Source: a virus. Taken from it: a stretch of 64,000 nt of DNA. The stretch lies in IMG/VR virus record IMGVR_UViG_3300009506_000012, positions 18,164-82,163 of that record; one strand, 5' to 3'. Each line of letters starts with the position of its first letter. The first letter of the stretch is position 1. Of the stretch, positions 1 to 9,043 are shown piece after piece. Position numbers and translations under genes: made by a program. The notes below the pieces were generated by a model, which had not been told where the DNA came from, did not search any database, and worked only from the letters and a program-made list of their open reading frames with translations.

Positions 1-114
1 ATATTGCCGATTGGTGGCCACGTTGAAATTGCAAACGAAAGTACCAGACGGAATAAAACGGCCTTCAGGGTCTTTTCCTAAGTGTCCAATTAACTCGATA
101 CGTTGATGGGTCAT
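1..114 (-). CDS. ssb: single-stranded DNA-binding protein, N-terminal part (runs off window start)
   Basis: Not in the ORF track. Translation from ATG at 114 gives MTHQRIELIGHLGKDPEGRFIPSGTFVCNFNVATNRQY, the classic SSB OB-fold start (LIGxLGKDPE..F.VATN). Confidence 0.9.
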   Translation of the reverse strand, partial: MTHQRIELIGHLGKDPEGRFIPSGTFVCNFNVATNRQY

Positions 115-491
115 ACTTTTTTCTCCTTAACAGTTGGATATGGAATTGCAATACTTTCAAGATACTTGATACGTTTTTCATACAATGATGCCCAGACTTC
201 ATAATACATAAAGCATTCATTGTGAACGTGCCAAGGATTTTCAGTTCTCAAATTGCCTGTAAAATATTCAAGCGGTAATTTGAACACGCACAGACTTGCA
301 GTTTCTTGTTTCTTCAGCCAGGGAGTGATATGCAAATGGACCTCACCTATAGAGCTGTGATTGCGCAAATAGATACCTTGCTTGAAGATACCGGCATCTT
401 TGGCCACCAGTAGCCAGGCGGTTTGTCCAGAGAACCATTGTGTTCTGCTGGCATATCGATTTAGTGAGATTCTAAGGTAGTTTTCTGTCAC
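111..491 (-). CDS. hypothetical protein
   Basis: 126-aa ORF; its stop overlaps the ssb start (ATGA coupling). Confidence 0.6.
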   Translation of the reverse strand: MTENYLRISLNRYASRTQWFSGQTAWLLVAKDAGIFKQGIYLRNHSSIGEVHLHITPWLKKQETASLCVFKLPLEYFTGNLRTENPWHVHNECFMYYEVWASLYEKRIKYLESIAIPYPTVKEKKV

Positions 492-523
492 TTACTAATC
501 CATGGTATCAGTATTTGGATGCT

Positions 524-541
524 TGCTCCACTAGTGGAGCA
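524..541. repeat. palindrome copy 1, TGCTCCAC-TA-GTGGAGCA
   Basis: Perfect 18-bp palindrome, intergenic; one of 8 copies. Confidence 0.9.
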
Positions 542-584
542 GAGGTTCCCTATGGATAACTATGTATTTCAGGCTTTTATTATA

Positions 585-785
585 CTACGATGTGGTAAGT
601 TCTTCCTTGGTTTTTTGACGTAATTCATTGGCCTGTTCCAATACAGCAGGGACTGCATCAAGAATTTGACCAGCATCCATAGACTTGTCAATGAGAAACT
701 CTTGCCGGCGAACAAGAAACTTGAATACCGTATCATCAATCAGTTCGTTAAGCGTTTCTAATTCTTTCTGATTTAGCTTTTTCAC
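585..785 (-). CDS. hypothetical protein
   Basis: 66 aa, translationally coupled to the MTase. Confidence 0.6.
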   Translation of the reverse strand: MKKLNQKELETLNELIDDTVFKFLVRRQEFLIDKSMDAGQILDAVPAVLEQANELRQKTKEELTTS

Positions 786-1684
786 TAGACTCCTTTCAGT
801 TCATATTGGCCAACAGCAATCCGCTGGAATTCAGGATTTTGTCCCACGGTCTGACGGACTTTTTCCTGCCAATGCGGATTTGCTTTAGCCTTATCAGTTC
901 CTTCAATGGCCTCGTATAGCTCCTGAAGCGTAGCTATTTTCCCACGACTGCGTAAAGTATGAGCCACCAGGTTACGCCAGGTCACATTACTCATATTGAC
1001 CCGGTTGATTCCAGACACGATTGCAACATCCAGGGCCATCATGTATCCAGACTTCTGCCATACCAGCAATTTCTCGTGCATAATAGGCACAAATCCATTG
1101 GCTCCGGACCATTTCCCACCACGCATCGAGGTCACATTATTCTGCACTTTGATGATTTCCTCTTTGAGGGTACCTGGACAATTCAGTTCGAGCATAGAAG
1201 CCAGGGGATAAAACTCTCCGCTTTTACGCATATTGCCCATCAGAATTGCATAATACCCACCACGCTTCAAAGCCCGATAGATATTCATGGTGGCCAGGAG
1301 AGTCTTTTCCAGAAACTCATCAACGTCCTTGCATTGACTGAGATCATCCGGATGCGATGAATAAGTGATCATTGTGTGATAAGGAGGATGGAAAAAACAG
1401 GTTGCAGCTTCCTCGCCCAACACATTCAACAGGTCATCTTTCAGTAAATTAAATCCTTGCTGAAGATCAAAACCGGCGTAGCGAATACTCATACTTGCAG
1501 CTACATCACGACTGGTGCCGCTACCTTCAGCAGGATCCACGAACAGTTCTTCACGATTCCGATGCCAGCGCTCGAGGAAACCATAGACTACATGTCCGGA
1601 CGTATTTCCACGGAAATCAGACCGACCCCAGGGACCGCGATTTGGAAAACTTACAACGCTATTCTGGATTTTCATCGATTCCAT
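785..1684 (-). CDS. amino-type (N6A/N4C) DNA methyltransferase with C-terminal winged-HTH-like domain
   Basis: SAM-binding motif DPAEGSGT, catalytic-like FFHPPY, LKRGG, HEKLLVW; C-terminal TWRNLV..ATLQELYEAI..HWQEKVRQ helical domain. Confidence 0.8.
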   Translation of the reverse strand: MESMKIQNSVVSFPNRGPWGRSDFRGNTSGHVVYGFLERWHRNREELFVDPAEGSGTSRDVAASMSIRYAGFDLQQGFNLLKDDLLNVLGEEAATCFFHPPYHTMITYSSHPDDLSQCKDVDEFLEKTLLATMNIYRALKRGGYYAILMGNMRKSGEFYPLASMLELNCPGTLKEEIIKVQNNVTSMRGGKWSGANGFVPIMHEKLLVWQKSGYMMALDVAIVSGINRVNMSNVTWRNLVAHTLRSRGKIATLQELYEAIEGTDKAKANPHWQEKVRQTVGQNPEFQRIAVGQYELKGV

Positions 1685-2210
1685 AGGTTTTATCAGAAAT
1701 CATATCAGTACATAAATTGAATATATCTAGTGCTTGGGCTCCGGACAAAGGACGTACCGCATTATCATCAATAGTGACCATGGCACGTATTTTAGTCAAT
1801 GCCTGTTTCAATTGCTGAATACGTTGAAGATAAGGATTTTCTTTTCTTTCAGCCAATTCACGAACGAACCAACTAACCTGATCAAGTTGACGCTGTTCAA
1901 ATGAATTACGATCCATATATGTAAAAAGCATATTTATAGTCCAATGAAGAATACGTTGTTCAATCAGGGGATGAACAATCAATTCAAGTTCTGCAAGTTT
2001 ATTATGTCCTCGAGCATTGACTTCGAGAGAATCGTCTTTGAACATTTCCAATTCTTTCAAGGCACCCATCATCAAAGCAATTTCACTATAATTGAAACCC
2101 ATATCTAAAATGGGTCCGACATTCTGATTTTTCTCTGGGTGTGCCAGTGTTTTGAGTACAAGATATTGCAGAATAATACGTTCATCATTAGAAAATTCTT
2201 TTGTTGTCAT
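1659..2210 (-). CDS. hypothetical protein
   Basis: 183-aa ORF with AAAGGA RBS, in the leftward operon. Confidence 0.65.
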   Translation of the reverse strand: MTTKEFSNDERIILQYLVLKTLAHPEKNQNVGPILDMGFNYSEIALMMGALKELEMFKDDSLEVNARGHNKLAELELIVHPLIEQRILHWTINMLFTYMDRNSFEQRQLDQVSWFVRELAERKENPYLQRIQQLKQALTKIRAMVTIDDNAVRPLSGAQALDIFNLCTDMISDKTYGIDENPE

Positions 2211-2506
2211 GAATTTTCCTTTTCCACTTTATTCATCAATTTGAGTATCACGGCATCACGTTCCTCTTGGGATAAACCTTCAAGAGAAGCCATGTTCTTA
2301 TATTTCTTATCAGTTTCAGTTTCTACATTTGCAATTTTAATCAACTTGTCAAGCACAGCATCCCAACTGATAAACGGTAAACTGCCACCATTGGGAAAGA
2401 TGATACGCTGCACACCCTGAATGCGCTTGACTTGCAGGTTCAGTTCATGATCAGCAATATATCGCTGGCAAATAGCTTTATTCGCTCTTGCCATCATCAT
2501 CATCAT
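2207..2506 (-). CDS. hypothetical protein
   Basis: ORF coupled to the next gene; start uncertain among tandem ATGs. Confidence 0.6.
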   Translation of the reverse strand: MMMMMARANKAICQRYIADHELNLQVKRIQGVQRIIFPNGGSLPFISWDAVLDKLIKIANVETETDKKYKNMASLEGLSQEERDAVILKLMNKVEKENS

Positions 2507-2609
2507 CCTTCATCATCCTACCAGTAGGAGGATACAAAATTGTCAGAATTTCTTTTGCCAGGCTTAACAGTCCAGTTGCCATACCTACAAGCATTTTTAC
2601 AAACCACAT
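2478..2609 (-). CDS. small hypothetical protein (43 aa)
   Basis: Not in the track. MWFVKMLVGMATGLLSLAKEILTILYPPTGRMMKDDDDDGKSE, with AAAGGA RBS at 2618-2623. Confidence 0.55.
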   Translation of the reverse strand: MWFVKMLVGMATGLLSLAKEILTILYPPTGRMMKDDDDDGKSE

Positions 2610-2623
2610 AGTTTTATTCCTTT

Positions 2624-2640
2624 GCTCCACATTGTGGAGC
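2624..2640. repeat. palindrome copy 2, GCTCCAC-ATT-GTGGAGC
   Basis: Fills exactly the gap between a stop codon (2641) and the next RBS. Confidence 0.9.
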
Positions 2641-2787
2641 CTAAACCGATCCTAGTAAGCTATTGAACCAATCCAATAGACCAGCCAGTATCAACAAGCC
2701 AACTCCAATCAGTAACAAGAGAGTCGCGCCAACTTTGCCCATAAGATTCCACCATATCCAGAATTCTTTTTTCAGTTTTACAACCAT
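2641..2787 (-). CDS. small membrane protein (48 aa)
   Basis: Not in the track. MVVKLKKEFWIWWNLMGKVGATLLLLIGVGLLILAGLLDWFNSLLGSV, one TM helix. Confidence 0.6.
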   Translation of the reverse strand: MVVKLKKEFWIWWNLMGKVGATLLLLIGVGLLILAGLLDWFNSLLGSV

Positions 2788-2793
2788 TTTTCA

Positions 2794-3117
2794 TTATCCA
2801 AAATAGCCGAATTCTTGAGCAATACCCCAGTACACTCCATCATTTTCATCTCCGGCAATCAGATCAGCCATTTCTAAAGCTGGATGATCGAATTCGTTAT
2901 TCTGCCACTGTTTAGACTTTTTTCCAGTACAGGTGATTTGATGTTGTTTCAGGGTTTCTTCAGTAAAGGGTTTACTTTTTCGTGATCGAGTACGACCACA
3001 TCGGTTGCATTCCAGGCCACTATGCACATCATTCATGTGCTGCTTGAGGCTTTCTTCCGTGAACGGTTTTCCACTGTTCAAAGAGACATCCATATCGCAA
3101 ATCTTACATCGAGGCAT
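2794..3117 (-). CDS. tandem C2H2/C2HC zinc-finger protein
   Basis: CKIC..KPFTEESLKQHMNDVH and CNRC..KPFTEETLKQHQITC; likely start MPRCKIC at 3117. Confidence 0.7.
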   Translation of the reverse strand: MPRCKICDMDVSLNSGKPFTEESLKQHMNDVHSGLECNRCGRTRSRKSKPFTEETLKQHQITCTGKKSKQWQNNEFDHPALEMADLIAGDENDGVYWGIAQEFGYFG

Positions 3118-3517
3118 GATACTGTGTATCCAATTCTGTAACAAAATCCAGAATGCTCTTTTTGAATACGGCACTATAGTTCAGAAAGCCAACAAGTTTA
3201 GCAATTGCTTCAATATGTTCTTTGCTGAAGGCTTCTTCTTCCATGTATTCTGTAATCCATGGAATGGTATTGGGTTCAAGTTCACCCCATTTAGTACCAT
3301 CAATAAAATCAGTTTCTATGTAAGTAGCATCATGATCATAAGCATGTTGCGCTCTTACAATCAAGATAGAATCATCTGTAGTTTTGATGAAAATAGTGTT
3401 ATCAGTTGATTGTATAGCTTTAATTTTTTTACCGAGAATTTCTTTCAAAATATCATTCATTTTTATTATCCTTGTCCTAAGTAAAGAATATTTGAGCTTC
3501 TTTAGTAGCTTTAGCAA
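3104..3517 (-). CDS. hypothetical protein
   Basis: ORF in the leftward operon; true start probably MNDILKE. Confidence 0.55.
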   Translation of the reverse strand: MLKLLKKLKYSLLRTRIIKMNDILKEILGKKIKAIQSTDNTIFIKTTDDSILIVRAQHAYDHDATYIETDFIDGTKWGELEPNTIPWITEYMEEEAFSKEHIEAIAKLVGFLNYSAVFKKSILDFVTELDTQYHASM

Positions 3518-3785
3518 TTAAGCTTATAGGTACATTGAAATGAGAGGCCCAAATATGCAAAGTTTCATCTTCAATTTCGACTCCTCGTTTCAACTCAAGG
3601 AAAATCCAATCTCGAATTTCAAGGAATTTCATTTGAGTACGGCAACGAAGAATTTCGCTAATAGCATCATCAATTGCATCGATACACACTTCAGGATCTT
3701 CAAGACGTTCAATTAGATCAGGCATTTTATATCCTTCCTTCACGTTTCCATTTCTCTTTGATTTCAAGCCCCATGACAATTCCAT
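3477..3785 (-). CDS. hypothetical protein
   Basis: ORF; RBS GAAGGA precedes the internal MPDLIER. Confidence 0.55.
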   Translation of the reverse strand: MELSWGLKSKRNGNVKEGYKMPDLIERLEDPEVCIDAIDDAISEILRCRTQMKFLEIRDWIFLELKRGVEIEDETLHIWASHFNVPISLIAKATKEAQIFFT

Positions 3786-3836
3786 AAGGCAATCTCAATA
3801 TATGCAAACGCCACATACGTTTAAGCCAGATCCACA

Positions 3837-4190
3837 TTACAAATTCCCATCATCTCCAATGCCATGACCCATTTGACCGCTATAGTTTTGCATTGTTTGC
3901 CAGTTCTGTGCTGCTCTTGGAAATGTTGATCGGAAAAAATGTAATTCAGCTTCTAAATCTTTGATTTGATTCTGAAGTTCTGCAATTTCGTGTTCAAGAG
4001 ATAACATATGCTGATCAACAAAATCAGGTAATGGTGGTTCGGGTTCAGGATATACAGGCTTTGGGTTTACATCCTTATAGGGAATCCCACAATGCTTACA
4101 GAAATCATCAGGGGCATCAAAATCACCACACAAAGGACATCGTTTCATTGTGGCTCCACTGGATTGTACGCTTGAGGTATTGGAGCCCAA
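3837..4190 (-). CDS. zinc-ribbon plus coiled-coil protein
   Basis: CPLC..CKHC followed by a heptad-rich segment. Confidence 0.6.
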   Translation of the reverse strand: MGSNTSSVQSSGATMKRCPLCGDFDAPDDFCKHCGIPYKDVNPKPVYPEPEPPLPDFVDQHMLSLEHEIAELQNQIKDLEAELHFFRSTFPRAAQNWQTMQNYSGQMGHGIGDDGNL

Positions 4191-4360
4191 CCAACCATCG
4201 TTATTGAATTCATGGCAAGACCTGTATCCATAGTAACAGCACCTGCAAAAACTTCAGCAAGAGCAACATAATGCCCACCATATTCAGATTCGCACAGTAC
4301 GACTACCTGTTCACCTGGATGATCTCGGACGGCTTTTTTGAAATCCGAATTCCAATTCAT
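4145..4360 (-). CDS. hypothetical protein (DUF551-like small phage protein)
   Basis: MNW..P..QVVVL..VGWAPIP pattern; GAAAGGA RBS. Confidence 0.55.
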   Translation of the reverse strand: MNWNSDFKKAVRDHPGEQVVVLCESEYGGHYVALAEVFAGAVTMDTGLAMNSITMVGWAPIPQAYNPVEPQ

Positions 4361-4542
4361 TCTTTTCCTTTCATTTTGAATATCAGTTCAACGAATCTTG
4401 CAATCATCAAAAGACAATAACCCAGGATCCGTATCGGGAGAGGAGCATTTTCAATCATTAATCATTCCATCAGAATCATGCAGGATACATCCAATTGCAA
4501 CCAGTATGATGCCAATAGCCCATACCAGTTCATTAACCGGTA

Positions 4543-4854
4543 TCATTCCAGATCCGGGATATCATTTTCGTGAATGAACATTATGACCGTACCCTGTTCA
4601 CCTATTGAAATTGCAATTGCAGGATGACAATCACAATCGTTAACAGTAGGGTGATCCAAACTGAGCATCAAACAGGAATCATCATGTGCAACATCTACAT
4701 CTGCATATCCACATACTCGATCTTTCAATACATGCTTTGCCATATCCTGTACATGAGTTTCAAGAATATAGGAACAAACACCTTCTCCGGACTTGATTCC
4801 TTTCTGGACTTCTTCATCAGTATAGATAATGACTTCTGGTTTATTTTCCATCAT
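4543..4854 (-). CDS. hypothetical protein
   Basis: 103 aa, H..C...C.C.P cluster, AGAGGA RBS. Confidence 0.6.
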   Translation of the reverse strand: MMENKPEVIIYTDEEVQKGIKSGEGVCSYILETHVQDMAKHVLKDRVCGYADVDVAHDDSCLMLSLDHPTVNDCDCHPAIAISIGEQGTVIMFIHENDIPDLE

Positions 4855-5165
4855 TCCTCTTTTAGTTCGTTTTGCCTCATTGCATACGCAGTTTGTGGAA
4901 GTCTTGTATTGAGCCTTTCAGGAACCACAAGGATTTCAGCCTCAATACATAAGTAGGAGCTTTACCAGTTCTTATTCCCATTCATCAAAACTGCATTATT
5001 CTCCTCACACCACAACTCACGATAGTATGCAATACGCCATCCCATGTGAATTCAATGTGATCTGTATGTTCTTTTCCAGCATCTTTTACCTACCAATTAG
5101 TATACGGACGCTATGTTCAGCCCAAATCCTGCCGAAAACAAAAAAATCACCGAATTTTCCGGATT

Positions 5166-5513
5166 CTAGTCGGATTCTTCGGAATTTGCTTGAAAATCGT
5201 CAAGTTGTGGCATATAAGCCCAGGCTACCAATTTGCTTGTATTCTTGGTGGCCAGGTACTTTGCAGCTTCTACGGTTATGATGTGAATTGCTTTGAGGTC
5301 CTCTTTAGGGTCATAGAACAGGCCCAAAACGAATTCATCAATCATAGTGGCTAACGCATTCATGTCCATATTCCATCGATGATGGTACTTATGGTGTTCG
5401 ATCAGTGTTCTGTAGCCGTCAAGCTGTTTTTGCAGTTCAGCCTTTTCATGGCGCAGTAGTGTGAGTTCAGCGAACGCACGTTCAATATCTTCGGTTTCAT
5501 AGGAATCGCGTGT
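5166..5513 (-). CDS. hypothetical protein
   Basis: Track ORF 5166..5534; the GTG at 5513 follows an AAAGGA RBS and is the more likely start. Confidence 0.6.
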   Translation of the reverse strand, partial: TRDSYETEDIERAFAELTLLRHEKAELQKQLDGYRTLIEHHKYHHRWNMDMNALATMIDEFVLGLFYDPKEDLKAIHIITVEAAKYLATKNTSKLVAWAYMPQLDDFQANSEESD

Positions 5514-5528
5514 CACTTGATTTCCTTT

Positions 5529-5543
5529 CTCCACATGGTGGAG
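5529..5543. repeat. palindrome copy 3, CTCCAC-ATG-GTGGAG
   Basis: Directly upstream of the RBS, downstream of the promoter at 5589-5617. Confidence 0.85.
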
Positions 5544-5588
5544 GGGGAGCAGGATGTCTCAGCGTCACCCTGCGTCCCTCCCATTTCA

Positions 5589-5617
5589 GTTATACTCTAA
5601 CTACTACCAGTTGTCAA
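5589..5617 (-). promoter_or_regulatory. sigma70-type promoter for the leftward genes
   Basis: TTGACA-17 bp-TATAAC on the minus strand, intergenic. Confidence 0.8.
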
Positions 5618-5619
5618 TA

Positions 5620-5727
5620 CTATGGGCAGGTCGCAGCTACGTGCAGGGTGTACCAGGTCAACAGGAACACCAGTGCCCAAGCCAAGCCGCGTAGGAATTT
5701 GTAGAAGTTCTCATTCACACGGTGCAT
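5620..5727 (-). CDS. small membrane peptide (35 aa)
   Basis: Not in the track. MHRVNENFYKFLRGLAWALVFLLTWYTLHVAATCP with GAGG RBS. Confidence 0.55.
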   Translation of the reverse strand: MHRVNENFYKFLRGLAWALVFLLTWYTLHVAATCP

Positions 5728-5745
5728 TGTACCTCTGAAGTCACA

Positions 5746-5784
5746 GTGCATCCCCCGGCGAAATGTGCATGCCGAGGGACGCAC
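5746..5784 (-). other. 14-bp RNA stem-loop (terminator or processing site)
   Basis: GUGCGUCCCUCGGC/GCCGGGGGAUGCAC pairs fully only on the minus strand (two G-U pairs); lies downstream of the 326-aa gene. Confidence 0.6.
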
Positions 5785-5842
5785 TTGTGCTATTCAGTTC
5801 AGGGGTGCTATGTCAGTATCCAGCAGGGCTAACCGGTTAGGG

Positions 5843-6823
5843 TTAGAGTTCTACAGTAATGCCAGGCTGACTGGTGATAGCCGTTGCAGCGGCCAAGCGG
5901 GTAGCCAGGGAGTCGCTGCCCCACTGAGGCAGACGAATGGGCTCCATCAGCATGCCGCCATCGCTACGGCGCATGATGGGCGTGCGGTACGGCCAATCCT
6001 TCAGGGTGATTTCGCCGCCAGTGTACAGCGGTACCATGTAATCTGCATCAGGTACACCAGCATTGACTTGTACCTCCGCAGTTTCCAGGTTGTCACGCAT
6101 TTCGCGGTTGACACGAGCAGCCTGCCGGTTGACGAAGCGGCGCTGTTCGTTCATTTCTTCAGGATTGTCTGCGTTGACCACGGCCATGACCTGCTGGGCA
6201 CGTTCGATCAGTTTCGGGCCAATAGAAATCGACACATTGACATCTTCGCTGAGCATGGCGCTACCAGTCAGGCAGTACCAAAAGATCCAGGGGTTCTCGC
6301 TACGCACCGTGAAGGAATCTTCATAGGAGCGTTTGTAGAGCTTGCCTTGCAGCAAGTCCAGGCGGTTCCAGCCCTCATTGGGGATATCGCGCTGATCGAC
6401 CGTGAGCGTGTATTTCACGCCTTCGAGTTCGACCGTGACAGCATCACGAGCAGGATCATACGCGCTACTCACATATGCCATCGTTCCAGTGCCGAAGGTA
6501 GCAAAGAGCTTCTCGACCGGGGCGACCAGGATCAGGTTGGCGTTGCCGAACACACCACCAGCAACATACTTGGCCACCATCTCCAAGCCGGCCTTGCAAG
6601 CCAGGAGGTTGTTGGACAGTGACAGGTCGCGCATCGGGTCATAGGGGCGATCCGAGTGATAGGCGACCAGGCGGTGGGAATTGCCGTTGGCAGTGGTTTC
6701 CAGAAGGACGTTCAAAGCAGTATTGACAGTGGTTTGGGTGGTTGTGTTTGTATCGGACATAGTATTCTCGACTTCAGCAGCGTTCTCAACAGTAGTAGAA
6801 GGTTGGGTCTGTTTCTTAGCCAT
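5843..6823 (-). CDS. hypothetical protein (putative early gene)
   Basis: 326-aa ORF with Thr-rich N-terminus; no motif recognised. Confidence 0.75.
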   Translation of the reverse strand: MAKKQTQPSTTVENAAEVENTMSDTNTTTQTTVNTALNVLLETTANGNSHRLVAYHSDRPYDPMRDLSLSNNLLACKAGLEMVAKYVAGGVFGNANLILVAPVEKLFATFGTGTMAYVSSAYDPARDAVTVELEGVKYTLTVDQRDIPNEGWNRLDLLQGKLYKRSYEDSFTVRSENPWIFWYCLTGSAMLSEDVNVSISIGPKLIERAQQVMAVVNADNPEEMNEQRRFVNRQAARVNREMRDNLETAEVQVNAGVPDADYMVPLYTGGEITLKDWPYRTPIMRRSDGGMLMEPIRLPQWGSDSLATRLAAATAITSQPGITVEL

Positions 6824-6828
6824 AGTGA

Positions 6829-8265
6829 TTAGAGGGTTTCAGTGATGCCAAGGCGCTCGAATTCAGCTTCGAACTGGTTTCGCGGCGCTTTGACCTTTTC
6901 AGCAACATAGGACAAGAAACGTCCGGGCAGAATTTCAGGCTTCTGCTTCTTAGCGCCCTGGAAGTCGTGCCGTTCCAGAACATCGATCAGGTTATAGCCT
7001 TTATTCTGCTTCTGCACAGAGATGCAGGCATTCAGTAGTTTGGTTGACCACACAGCGAATGGCAGATGGGCCGTTTCGCTGAATGTCTCGTTATCCCCCA
7101 ATATCATTTCCCCCGAATCGTTCACGTGAGCATGTTTCCCAACATACGAGAAATCATGGCTCTCGAAGAACTTATACCGGCTCATCTGATAGTCAAAAAC
7201 TTCATTCCAGACAGCACGAGTATCTTCTGGGGTCCAATCCTTGTACCACTTGTCACCCAGGTCACGTTTCAGGATCCCGTTCAGCTTCCACATGGTGTCG
7301 TGCATGAACGAAATTGCAAAGTGATTCTTGTCATCTTCAGGAATGCGATAGGAGATCGCTCCATCAGTTTCGTACTTGGTTGGCACCCAGATTTCACCCC
7401 AGAGCATGCGCTCAAAACGAGTGTTTTCCCGGTCCAGCCAGTCCTGTGCCCGTTTCTGAACGTTCGCACCCAGATCGGCATTGTGTTCAGCAGCCAGTTC
7501 TTGTGCATGGCGCATGTTGTTCATAAGCGCAATTTCTTCTGCACTGGTCTTGCCGCGCTTGTAGCGGGGATCCAGCTTCAGAACGGCCAGCTGTCCGATC
7601 GCGGCGGCCAGGGTCTGATTGAGGGTTTCAATCATGGCCTCATCGCGGTATGCTTCCGGGATTGCCATCAGTGCGGGCATGCTTTCATCTTGGATGGTTT
7701 CAATCAGGTCTTGTTTCTCGCGGATTTCTGCGAAGAAAGCCTGATCTTCAACAGCCTGGTTGTGAGCTTCTTCAGCCGTGAGCTTCACCGTATTAATGAA
7801 TTCGCCCAGCACAGCGAATGGATCTTTTGCAGGTTCGGGTTTTTCAATTTTTGGTGCAGCAGCCTTTTTCTCTGCCTGCTTCTTTGCACAGGCCTGCTCA
7901 TGTGAGTACAGCCCAATAGCTGATTTGCATGCACGTGAGCAATATTGACAGATATGCTCTTTCACAACATCCTCTTTCTGCTCTATCACAGTAGTAGCAA
8001 TAGAGTCATCTAATACACCAACATTAGCTATTGTTTCTTCAATAGCTTTACGTTTGTTGGCTTTAGTCTTAGGCTTATTAGCCTTAGCGCTGGGCTTGCT
8101 AGTGCCCTTATTAGCGCCCTTGTCAGTAACAGGCTCATCAATGAGGTCAGGATGCATCTCAAAGTTATGCCATGCAGCCATATCCTCCTGGGACATAGGC
8201 CCAGAGAAATCAAAGTCCTGCTTGCAGATGTCACAGTGGTACAGAAGGTCATTAGTAGTAGTCAT
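6829..8265 (-). CDS. hypothetical protein with two zinc fingers (putative early gene)
   Basis: CDIC..H..H and CQYC..LYSHEQAC, Lys-rich linker, helical C-terminal domain; AAGGAG RBS. Confidence 0.8.
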   Translation of the reverse strand: MTTTNDLLYHCDICKQDFDFSGPMSQEDMAAWHNFEMHPDLIDEPVTDKGANKGTSKPSAKANKPKTKANKRKAIEETIANVGVLDDSIATTVIEQKEDVVKEHICQYCSRACKSAIGLYSHEQACAKKQAEKKAAAPKIEKPEPAKDPFAVLGEFINTVKLTAEEAHNQAVEDQAFFAEIREKQDLIETIQDESMPALMAIPEAYRDEAMIETLNQTLAAAIGQLAVLKLDPRYKRGKTSAEEIALMNNMRHAQELAAEHNADLGANVQKRAQDWLDRENTRFERMLWGEIWVPTKYETDGAISYRIPEDDKNHFAISFMHDTMWKLNGILKRDLGDKWYKDWTPEDTRAVWNEVFDYQMSRYKFFESHDFSYVGKHAHVNDSGEMILGDNETFSETAHLPFAVWSTKLLNACISVQKQNKGYNLIDVLERHDFQGAKKQKPEILPGRFLSYVAEKVKAPRNQFEAEFERLGITETL

Positions 8266-8276
8266 GTCATATCTCC

Positions 8277-8483
8277 TTAGATAGACTGGTAAGAAACGAT
8301 CAGATAATCAATATACGCATCCCATACATGCTGAGGAAGCGTAGCCCAATATTTCTCTCGTGCAACAACATCGAGCATGAGAGTACGGGCATGGACAAGG
8401 CGTACTGCTACAGAGATGGGCACCTCTAGTAGCCGCTTACTATGCGTGCCGCATAATAAGACTTTATCAGTGGTGTTGGACAT
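8277..8483 (-). CDS. hypothetical protein
   Basis: 68 aa, AAGGAGG RBS. Confidence 0.7.
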   Translation of the reverse strand: MSNTTDKVLLCGTHSKRLLEVPISVAVRLVHARTLMLDVVAREKYWATLPQHVWDAYIDYLIVSYQSI

Positions 8484-8494
8484 CGAATACCTCC

Positions 8495-9043
8495 TTATTT
8501 GGTGTTCTTGTCTTTTTTGGGAGCAGGTGTTTTATCAGGCTTGCCTGTGCAGTCTGCGTCACACCCATTGTGCTTGTTGTGTACATCGTTGGGGTTGTTA
8601 TCAGGCTTGCTGTCATTCCCATAGTGATTACCATGGTCTACATGTACCTTGACCACAGGTGCATCATCATCAGGGACAACGACAATAACAGGATCATCGT
8701 CATCATCAGGCACATCGATAGCAGGCGTATCAGGTGTATTTTGATGTGTGCGTACTGCTACATCAGTGTCACTACCACAATCACGCATGGTGTCATGCAC
8801 ACCACCAGGGTAGGGGAATACATCAACTGCGATGCACAGTAGCACAGGTACATCCTCTTTAGCTGACCATGTAACAATCACATGGCTGGTAGGACGTACA
8901 CTATTAGGCACATGCACAATGGGTGCATGCACAGAGGCTGCATCAACAGCAGGGGTCATAGTGCTATTGGACAGCACTACTGCTACAACGGCCAGTATGA
9001 TGACCAGTAGCGAGGGCAATAGGGCCTTACAATTGTTGGACAT
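8495..9043 (-). CDS. secreted or membrane-anchored Asp/His-rich protein
   Basis: N-terminal hydrophobic helix, DDDDD tract, DHGNHYGN motif; AAAGGAG RBS. Confidence 0.7.
   Translation of the reverse strand: MSNNCKALLPSLLVIILAVVAVVLSNSTMTPAVDAASVHAPIVHVPNSVRPTSHVIVTWSAKEDVPVLLCIAVDVFPYPGGVHDTMRDCGSDTDVAVRTHQNTPDTPAIDVPDDDDDPVIVVVPDDDAPVVKVHVDHGNHYGNDSKPDNNPNDVHNKHNGCDADCTGKPDKTPAPKKDKNTK

Noticed and set aside
2622-2642. Reading the palindromes as paired DnaA boxes or canonical parS
   Set aside because: Two mismatches to TTATCCACA; parS has no central spacer and no ParB is in the window. Kept only as an analogy.
5765-7905. Long plus-strand ORFs 5765..6622 and 7066..7905
   Set aside because: Antisense shadows of well-supported minus-strand genes; no RBS or protein-like features.
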